Shown here one piece after another: positions 43,827 through 50,098 of a DNA stretch of 50,098 bases. Positions within the stretch are counted from its first letter, which is position 1; every line of letters begins with the position of its first letter. The notes below the pieces were generated by a model. That model was not told the DNA's origin and ran no database searches. It saw nothing but the letters and a program-made list of their open reading frames with translations. The position numbers and the translations under genes are program-made. The DNA lies in NCBI GenBank assembly GCA_051003875.1, contig JBPCKX010000083.1, positions 1 to 50,098 on the forward strand, read 5' to 3'. The stretch comes from Thermoleophilaceae bacterium (lineage in GTDB: Bacteria; Actinomycetota; Thermoleophilia; Solirubrobacterales; Thermoleophilaceae).

Positions 43827-45719
43827 CTACGGGGGGGCAGCGCCTGCCGCGCGCTCGCGCACGTCGCGCGAGGAGTCGATGATCACCCGGCACGGGCGCT
43901 CGGAGAGCACCGTCTCGAGCGTGCGGCCGAAGATCGAGGATCCGGTGCGGCGCGGGGGCAGCGCCATCACCACCGCCGCCGCCTCGATCTCGCGTGCCTC
44001 GAGCACGATCCTGCGTCCCGCCTCTCCCGCGCGGACGCGCTCGAAGTGCCCGCTCACGCGCCGCCGGCCTCGTAGCCGCGCCGAGTCGATCGCCGCCCGG
44101 GCCTTCGCCTCGGCGTCGGGCATGACGGCGTCGATCGGCGCGTTCGCGGGGACGGTGATCGTCACGAGCACGTGGATCGCCCTCCCCCTGCGGGCCGCCA
44201 GCTTGACCGCAGTGTTGACGGCCTCGGGCGAGTAGAGACCGTCCTCGAAGGCGAGCAGCACCGACTGGTACTCGACCTCGTGCTCGACGATCGGCCTGGG
44301 CATCACGATCTTCGTCGTCTCGGTCAGGCTCAGCCCGCGGCTGCGGCGGTAGAGCACGTAGGTCAGCCCACCGAAGGCCAGCCAGATGCCGCCGGCCGCC
44401 AGCGTCTCGCGGTTCAGCGCGGTCACGACCAGGAACGCGCTCCCGGTGCCGAGCCCGCCCAGGACGGCCGGCAGCGGCACCTCGACACCGCGCACGCGGA
44501 AGTTCAGCGGTGCCCGGTAGGGCCGCTCGCGCTCGGGCTCGCGCGCGCGCAGCGCGATCACCGAGGCGTGCGCGACGGTGAAGCTGAGCATCGCCCCGAA
44601 GGCGTAGACGGTGCCGAGGAACTCGGCCCGGCCGGGAAGGATCGCCAGGCAGGCGACGAAGCCGAACAGCACGATCGCCACGTAGGGCGTGCGATAGCGC
44701 GGATGCAGCCGGCGCAGCCGCTCGGGCAGCTGACGGTACTGGCCCATCGAGTAACTCAGCCGCGACAGGCCGATCAGCCCGGCGTTCGTCGCCACGAGCA
44801 GGATCGTCGCCGCCAGCAGACCGACGTAGACCTCTGCGATCGGCTGCACGCTGCCCAGGCCCAGGTTGACCACCACCCCGAGCACGGGGTTGTCGGCGAA
44901 GCCGCCCTCGTCCGCGTCGAGGGCCAGCAGGGTCTGGCCGTCCTGCACGGGCATCGCCGAGAGCGCCACGGCGGGGAGCGTGAGCGAGATCGTCATCACG
45001 GCCACCACCACGCCGCGCATCGCGCGCGGAATCGTGCGGCCGTGGTCGACGGCCTCCTCGGCCATGTTCGAGATCGTGTCGATCCCGGTGAACGCCACCA
45101 TCCCGACCGGGATCGCGATCAGGAAGTCGCTCACCTTGGGCGCCACGCCGAAGTCGACGTTCCCGACGAGCGTCTCCGGCGAGAGCACGAGCGCCACGCC
45201 GATCACCACCAACGTCACCTGGGTCAGGAAGTCGGCCACCGCCAGCACGACGTTCAGGCCCGCAGCCTCCTGGGCGCCGCGCACGTTCAGCGCGCAGAGG
45301 AATGCCACCACCCCGACCGCGAGCAGGATGTCCCCGGGCGAGGTCAGGAGCGGCTCCCAGATCGTCCCGAGGTAGTGCGGGAGGAAGAAGGCCGAGATCG
45401 CGACCGTGATGATGTAGTTGAGCATCTGGCCCCAGGCCGTGATCGCCGAGGTGAGCTCGTTGAAGGCGCGCCGCGCGAATGACGAGGAGCCGCCCGCCTC
45501 CGGGTACATGGTGGTCGCCTCGGTGTAGCTGGCCGCGGTGCAGATGAAGATCAGCCCGGCGATCAGGAACACCACCGGCGTCATCCCGAGCGCGAAGACC
45601 GCGACCAACCCGAGCGCGTAGTAGATCGAGCTGCCGACGTTGCCGTAGGCGGTGCTGAAGAGCGCGCCCGTGCCCAGCACCCGCTCGAGTCCCGCATCCT
45701 TCGGGCGCCGTTCGGCCAT
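43827..45719 (-). CDS. APC-superfamily permease fused to a C-terminal USP domain (paralog)
   Basis: Same architecture as 41613..43622 (SVLLAFEDGLYS...IHVLVTITVP...AAAVVMALPP...RPCRVIIDS). ATG 45719 (MAERRPKDAGLERVLG) is preferred over the ORF-track start at 45818, which would run through the intergenic repeat. Confidence 0.85.
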   Translation of the reverse strand: MAERRPKDAGLERVLGTGALFSTAYGNVGSSIYYALGLVAVFALGMTPVVFLIAGLIFICTAASYTEATTMYPEAGGSSSFARRAFNELTSAITAWGQMLNYIITVAISAFFLPHYLGTIWEPLLTSPGDILLAVGVVAFLCALNVRGAQEAAGLNVVLAVADFLTQVTLVVIGVALVLSPETLVGNVDFGVAPKVSDFLIAIPVGMVAFTGIDTISNMAEEAVDHGRTIPRAMRGVVVAVMTISLTLPAVALSAMPVQDGQTLLALDADEGGFADNPVLGVVVNLGLGSVQPIAEVYVGLLAATILLVATNAGLIGLSRLSYSMGQYRQLPERLRRLHPRYRTPYVAIVLFGFVACLAILPGRAEFLGTVYAFGAMLSFTVAHASVIALRAREPERERPYRAPLNFRVRGVEVPLPAVLGGLGTGSAFLVVTALNRETLAAGGIWLAFGGLTYVLYRRSRGLSLTETTKIVMPRPIVEHEVEYQSVLLAFEDGLYSPEAVNTAVKLAARRGRAIHVLVTITVPANAPIDAVMPDAEAKARAAIDSARLRGRRRVSGHFERVRAGEAGRRIVLEAREIEAAAVVMALPPRRTGSSIFGRTLETVLSERPCRVIIDSSRDVRERAAGAAPP

Positions 45720-45790
45720 CAGTCCGGCGAATCTACCGGCAGCGGCCGGGCTCGGGGACAGACCCCCCGCCGGAGGAATCGCCGACCTCC

Positions 45791-45870
45791 CTCGGCAGCT
45801 CACTCCCGCGGCGCGCACCGGCCGGGGTTATGACCACCCCTCGGTCAAAAGCTCGGCAGCTCACCCCGCG
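45791..45870. repeat. intergenic 60-bp repeat family, locus 2 (about 1.3 units)
   Basis: ctcggcagctcactcccgcg gcgcg caccggccggggttatgaccacccctcgg tcaaaag ctcggcagctcaccccgcg. Same unit as 24250-24338. Confidence 0.85.
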
Positions 45871-45888
45871 CCTGTCGGACGCGGGCCG

Positions 45889-47985
45889 CTAGACGAGGAA
45901 CGGGATGATCAGGATCGCGACGATGTTGGCGACCTTGATCATCGGGTTGATCGCCGGGCCCGCGGTGTCCTTGTAGGGGTCGCCGACGGTGTCGCCGGTG
46001 ATCGACGCCTCGTGGGCGCTCGAGCCCTTGCCGCCGTGCTCGCCGTCCTCGATCAGCTTCTTGGCGTTGTCCCACGCGCCGCCGCCCGAGGTCATCGAGA
46101 CCGCCGCGAAGAAGCCGACGACGATCACGCCGATCAGCAGGCCCCCCAGCGCGGCGAACGAGAGCACGCCGACGACGACGGGGATCACGATCGGGATCAG
46201 CGCCGGGGCGATCATCTGCTTCTGGGCCGCAGCGGTCACGATCGATACGCACTGGCGGTAGTCGGGCTTCTCGGTGCCCTCCATGATGCCCGGCTTCTCG
46301 CGGAACTGGCGTCGAACCTCGTCCACGACGCCACCGGCGGCGCGGCCGACCGACTCGATCGAGAGCGCCGAGAAGAGGTAGACCATCATTCCGCCGATGA
46401 GCAGGCCGATCAGCACCTCGGGGTTCGAGATGTCGAACACGCCCGCGGTCAACTCGTCGAGCTTGCCCTCGGCGGCCGCCTCCTCGCGCAACTCCTCGAT
46501 GAAGGCGGCGAACAGCACCAGCGCGGCCAGCACGGCGGAGCCGATCGCGTACCCCTTGGTGACCGCCTTCGTCGTGTTGCCGACGGCGTCGAGCGGGTCG
46601 GTCACGTCGCGCACGTCCTGCGGCAGCTCCGCCATCTCGGCGATCCCGCCGGCGTTGTCGGTGATCGGGCCGAAGGCATCGAGCGCGACGATCAGGCCCG
46701 TCAGCGAGAGCTGCGCCATCACGGCGACGCCGATCCCGTAGATGCCCGCCAGCTCGTTCGCGGCGAGGATCCCGAGCGCGAGCACGATCGCGGGGGCCGC
46801 CGTCGACTGGAAGCCCTGCGCGAGGCCCTGGATGATGTTCGTGGCGTGGCCGGTCTCCGAGGCCTTCGCGGTCGTCTTGACGGGGCGGAAGCGCGTCGAG
46901 GTGTAGTAGTCGGTGATCACGAACAGCAGCGCGGTGATGCCGATCCCGATCAACGTGCAGAGGTAGAAGTCGAAGCCCGTCGCGACCTCGCCGCCACCTG
47001 TGATGAGCGCCGAGGCGCCCGACTTGAAGGTCACGTCGTCCATCAGCCAGAGGGTGATCGGCAGGAAGGCGATCGCGGCGAGCAGCCCCGACACGGCGAG
47101 GCCCTGGTAGAGCGCGCGCTCGACGTTCCCGACGGCGCTCTTGACGGCGAGCGTGCCGATGATCGAGGCGACGATCGAAACGCCCCCGATCACGAGCGGA
47201 TAGACGGAGACCGCGCCGATCTCCTGGAAGGTCAGTACCCCGAGCAGCATCACGGCGACGGCGGTGACCGCGTAGGTCTCGAACAGATCGGCCGCCATGC
47301 CGGCGCAGTCGCCGACGTTGTCGCCCACGTTGTCGGCGATCACGGCCGGGTTGCGCGGATCGTCCTCGGGGATGCCCGCCTCGATCTTGCCGACGATGTC
47401 CGCGCCCACGTCGGCAGCCTTGGTGAAGATACCTCCCCCCAGCCTGGCGAACACCGAGATCAGCGAGCCGCCGAACCCGAGGCCGACGAGCGCGTCGATC
47501 GCGTCCTTCTCGTCGACGTCTGCGAGCAGCAGCACGCCGTAGTAGCCCGCGACGCCGAGCAGCGCCAGCCCCGCGACGAGCATGCCCGTTATCGCACCGC
47601 CCTTGAAGGCCACGTCGAGTGCCGCGCCGACGCCGCCGCGGGCGCTCTCGGCGACACGCGCGTTGGCGCGCACGGACACGTTCATGCCGATGAAGCCGGC
47701 CGCGCCCGAGAACGCCCCGCCGATCACGAACCCGACCGCGGTCCGCACGTCGAGCGCTACCGCGAGCACGATCGCGAGCACCACGGCGACCGCGCCGATG
47801 ATCTGGTACTGGCGCGTGAGGTAGGCGGCAGCCCCCTCCTGCACGGCCGCCGAGATCTCCTGCATACGCTCGTTGCCGGGGGACTTGGCCAGCAGCCAGC
47901 GTGTCGTGACGAGCCCGTAGAGCACGGCGGCACCCGAGCAGGCGAGCGCTACAAGGATTCCGTAGTCGGTCAGAAATTCGGTCAA
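45889..47985 (-). CDS. hppA: membrane-bound ion-translocating pyrophosphatase
   Basis: 698 aa with about 16 TM helices and motifs [28 protein letters not shown] and DTVGDPYKD. Confidence 0.95.
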   Translation of the reverse strand: MTEFLTDYGILVALACSGAAVLYGLVTTRWLLAKSPGNERMQEISAAVQEGAAAYLTRQYQIIGAVAVVLAIVLAVALDVRTAVGFVIGGAFSGAAGFIGMNVSVRANARVAESARGGVGAALDVAFKGGAITGMLVAGLALLGVAGYYGVLLLADVDEKDAIDALVGLGFGGSLISVFARLGGGIFTKAADVGADIVGKIEAGIPEDDPRNPAVIADNVGDNVGDCAGMAADLFETYAVTAVAVMLLGVLTFQEIGAVSVYPLVIGGVSIVASIIGTLAVKSAVGNVERALYQGLAVSGLLAAIAFLPITLWLMDDVTFKSGASALITGGGEVATGFDFYLCTLIGIGITALLFVITDYYTSTRFRPVKTTAKASETGHATNIIQGLAQGFQSTAAPAIVLALGILAANELAGIYGIGVAVMAQLSLTGLIVALDAFGPITDNAGGIAEMAELPQDVRDVTDPLDAVGNTTKAVTKGYAIGSAVLAALVLFAAFIEELREEAAAEGKLDELTAGVFDISNPEVLIGLLIGGMMVYLFSALSIESVGRAAGGVVDEVRRQFREKPGIMEGTEKPDYRQCVSIVTAAAQKQMIAPALIPIVIPVVVGVLSFAALGGLLIGVIVVGFFAAVSMTSGGGAWDNAKKLIEDGEHGGKGSSAHEASITGDTVGDPYKDTAGPAINPMIKVANIVAILIIPFLV

Positions 47986-48013
47986 GGGAACTGTCCTCCG
48001 GATGGATTCGGTC

Positions 48014-48038
48014 GGAAAGAAAGGCGGCGACGTCCGCC
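48014..48038 (-). terminator. candidate intrinsic terminator after mtnP
   Basis: On the minus strand: GGCGG-ACGTCG-CCGCC (48038-48023), followed by TTTCTTTCC (48022-48014). Confidence 0.4.
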
Positions 48039-48057
48039 GGAGGGCCCGCCCCCGGGG

Positions 48058-48849
48058 TCAGTGGACGATGGCGCTCGACATGGCCGTGGCGCAGAGGTCT
48101 TCCGGCTGGGATCCGATCCTCGGCACCGCCCGGAACAAGAGCGCGCGCAGTCTATCGAGGTTGTCGGCGAAGACCCTGACAGCCGCCTCAACCGACACCG
48201 GGGGGACGTCCGGCATCCCTTCCAGGCCGACATCGTAGTCGGTCACGAGCGAGACGTTCGCGTAGCAGAGCTCAAGCTCGCGCGCGAGCCACGCCTCGGG
48301 GTACTGGGTCATGTTGACGACGTCCCAGCCTGACGCCGAGAACCAGCGCGACTCGGCGCGCGTGGAGAAGCGCGGACCCTGGATGACGACGACCGTGCCG
48401 CTCTCGGCGACCGGGATGTCGAGCTCGCGGGCGCACTCCGTCAGCGTCCGGCGCAGGTCCGGGCAGTATGGGTCGGCGGCGGAGACGTGTGTCGTCTGCG
48501 GCCCGTCGTAGAAGGTGTCCTCGCGCCCGCGCGTGCGATCCACGAACTGGTCGCAGAACACGAACGTCCCGGGCTCGAGCTCCGGCTTGAGCGCGCCGCA
48601 GGCGGTCGGGCCGACGATCCGCGTGACCCCGAGCTCCTTCATGGCCCAGATGTTGGCGCGGTAGTTGATCCGGTGCGGCGGCAGCGTGTGCTCGTCGCCG
48701 TGGCGGGGCATGAAGGCGACGCGCGCACCCTCGATCGCGCCGACGCGGATGTGCGCCGAGGGCGGGCCGTAGGGCGTGTCCACGGCCACCTCCTCCACGT
48801 CGTCGAGCAGGCGGTAGAGGCCCGACCCTCCGAAGATGCCGACCGTCAC
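48058..48849 (-). CDS. mtnP: S-methyl-5'-thioadenosine phosphorylase
   Basis: 263 aa: IFGGSGLY...FMPRHGDEHTLPPHRINYRANIWAMKELGV...MTQYPEAWLARE is the MTAP/PNP family 2 pattern. Confidence 0.9.
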   Translation of the reverse strand: MTVGIFGGSGLYRLLDDVEEVAVDTPYGPPSAHIRVGAIEGARVAFMPRHGDEHTLPPHRINYRANIWAMKELGVTRIVGPTACGALKPELEPGTFVFCDQFVDRTRGREDTFYDGPQTTHVSAADPYCPDLRRTLTECARELDIPVAESGTVVVIQGPRFSTRAESRWFSASGWDVVNMTQYPEAWLARELELCYANVSLVTDYDVGLEGMPDVPPVSVEAAVRVFADNLDRLRALLFRAVPRIGSQPEDLCATAMSSAIVH

Positions 48850-49319
48850 GCGCCCGGCGGTGTCCAGATCTGCGAGCGTGCCTTGGCGCGCTCGGCGGCA
48901 TCGTCACCGGCCGGCGGAGGGGCGGCGGGGTCTGCCGTTCCCGCGTCCTTCCCGCCGCCGGCGGGGTCGGGCCCGGCGGCCGCAGGGTCGGGCTGCCCGG
49001 CTTCCGGGTCTCCCTGCGCCTCGCGCGCGAACGCGAGCTGAAGCTGGGAGAGCGCCTGACGGATCGAGTCCTGGTGGTCATCGGGGCACAATGGCGCGAG
49101 CGCGCGGGCGCCGTCGATCGCCAGCCGCGCCTGGGCGACGTCGCGCACCGCGGCCGGGTCCTCGCCCGGCTCGGCCACGAGGCCGAGTCGGCGCGCGCCG
49201 AGGTTCACGAGCGTCGCGACCGTCTGGAGGATCACGTCCTCGACGCCGACGTTGCGCATCTGCTCCTCGAAAGCCGCGCGGAGCTCCGCTTCGGTCGGCT
49301 CATGGGTCTCGTCGTTCAT
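48846..49319 (-). CDS. DUF1844-like acidic protein (assignment tentative)
   Basis: 157 aa: VEDVILQTVATLVNLGARRLGL...AQARLAIDGARALAPL...ALSQLQLAF resembles the DUF1844 pattern, with a Pro/Ala/Gly-rich tail. 4-nt overlap with mtnP. Confidence 0.45.
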   Translation of the reverse strand: MNDETHEPTEAELRAAFEEQMRNVGVEDVILQTVATLVNLGARRLGLVAEPGEDPAAVRDVAQARLAIDGARALAPLCPDDHQDSIRQALSQLQLAFAREAQGDPEAGQPDPAAAGPDPAGGGKDAGTADPAAPPPAGDDAAERAKARSQIWTPPGA

Positions 49320-49321
49320 GG

Positions 49322-50098
49322 TCAGCTCCTCACCTCGGTCTCAGCATACGTGCGCCGCGACTGCTCCACCTCCGCGGCGTAGACCTGCTCGATCGATGCC
49401 CCCCCGGCGAGCGCGCGCCGCTGGCGCTGCGCGCCGTTCTCGGAGGGCAGCACGGAATCTATCCCGAGCGCGGCGCGGGCGGGAGCGGTCCAGGCGAGCA
49501 GCCTGTCGCCGGCCGCCGCGGCCGGGAACTGCTCGCCGCGCTCGAGGTCGATCAGCTTCCCGTCGAGGCCGTGGCGGATCGCCCGCCAGAGGTTCTCCTC
49601 GACGAGCCTGCGGGGCGGATGCTCGACCTCGACCCCGTCGTCGTGGTCGAGCGCGGCCTGCGCCGCACACGCGACGATCAGCCCGGCGAGCGCCGTGGAG
49701 TCCTCGCCGCTTGACTGCGCGTCGCAGATGCGCACCTCGACGGTCCCGAAGAAGTGGTGCGGCCGCACGCTCCACCAGAGCTGGGTGTGCTCCACGATCG
49801 AGCCGGTGCGCACGAGGAAGTCGACGTAGTCCGCGTAGGCGTCGTAGCCGCCGAAGGCATCGGGAACGCCGCAGCGGGGAAAGCTCTTCGTGAAGATCTG
49901 GCTGCGCGCCGAGTGCAGGCCCGAGTCGCGCCCGTCGAGGAAGATCGAGTTGGCGGAGATGGCGAGCAGCTCGGGCAGCACCGGACGCAGCCTGTCGCAG
50001 ACGGCGATCGCGCGGTCCGCGCCGCGCACCCCGATGTGGACGTGGAGGCTGAAGGTGTTGTTGCGACGAGCGACGTACTGGAGCCCGTCCTCGACGCG
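49322..50098 (-). CDS. carboxylate-amine ligase, glutamate-cysteine ligase family 2 (YbdK-like); 5' end outside the window
   Basis: The frame stays open to the window edge (..NNTFSLHVHIGVRGADRAIAV..). ELLAISANSIFLDGRDSGLHSARSQIF and LWWSVRPHHFFGTVEVRICD are GCS2 motifs. Confidence 0.85.
   Translation of the reverse strand, partial: RVEDGLQYVARRNNTFSLHVHIGVRGADRAIAVCDRLRPVLPELLAISANSIFLDGRDSGLHSARSQIFTKSFPRCGVPDAFGGYDAYADYVDFLVRTGSIVEHTQLWWSVRPHHFFGTVEVRICDAQSSGEDSTALAGLIVACAAQAALDHDDGVEVEHPPRRLVEENLWRAIRHGLDGKLIDLERGEQFPAAAAGDRLLAWTAPARAALGIDSVLPSENGAQRQRRALAGGASIEQVYAAEVEQSRRTYAETEVRS

Noticed and set aside
45720-45888. Possible c-di-AMP (ydaO-type) riboswitch upstream of the APC permease. 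The idea came from pseudo-symmetric GGGGTGAGCTGCCGAG repeats and CCGACAG, and from ydaO elements often preceding K+ and amino-acid transporters.
   Set aside because: The order and sequence of the conserved ydaO blocks (GAGC.GGGGACCCA ... GGGGUGAAUC ... CCGACAGCUAAC) are not reproduced. The same unit also occurs upstream of an unrelated MBL hydrolase, so a REP-like repeat is the simpler explanation. An Infernal scan would settle it.

Overview
High-GC (roughly 70%) chromosomal segment with Actinomycetota-like synteny: alaS-ruvX-mltG-aroE, hisS-aspS, a ceoB/ceoC-like TrkA pair, and candidate leaderless promoters. A Thermoleophilia/Rubrobacteria-type origin is only a guess. Most genes lie on the minus strand. 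Content, left to right: (1) A type IV pilus locus with two tandem pilin genes, a divergent GT-C-like membrane protein, pilC-pilT-pilB and a coupled thioredoxin-fold protein. It is split by a roughly 3 kb decayed accessory islet holding a YihY remnant, DUF4235, an HTH-antitoxin/RelE-ParE-like toxin pair and an Mrr nuclease remnant. (2) A housekeeping block: aroE, mltG, ruvX, alaS, an orphan ABC substrate-binding protein, an anti-sigma/SigF-like sigma pair, an IscU-like::MnmA fusion, aspS, hisS, an MBL hydrolase and a formiminotransferase. (3) tRNA-Met followed by a three-gene cassette and a decayed FAD monooxygenase. The cassette is a dehalogenase-fold hydrolase, a flavin-dependent halogenase and a catalytically degenerate KAS III-like protein. 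(4) Lipoproteins, a LysM protein, an SRPBCC protein and a heterodimeric ABC exporter pair. (5) An atypical-codon HNH endonuclease with duplicated HTH modules plus a disordered lipoprotein next to tRNA-Gln. (6) Ferredoxin reductase, two TrkA genes, two tandem APC-permease::USP fusions, a membrane pyrophosphatase, mtnP, a DUF1844-like protein and a partial GCS2 ligase. Two dispersed intergenic repeat families, several tandem repeats and two duplicated stop/start junctions are visible. I did not recognise an intact known defence system. The best novelty candidates are the halogenase cassette, the IscU-MnmA fusion, the repeat families and the small mobile-looking islets. All calls come from manual reading of the ORF translations and sequence; no database search was run.
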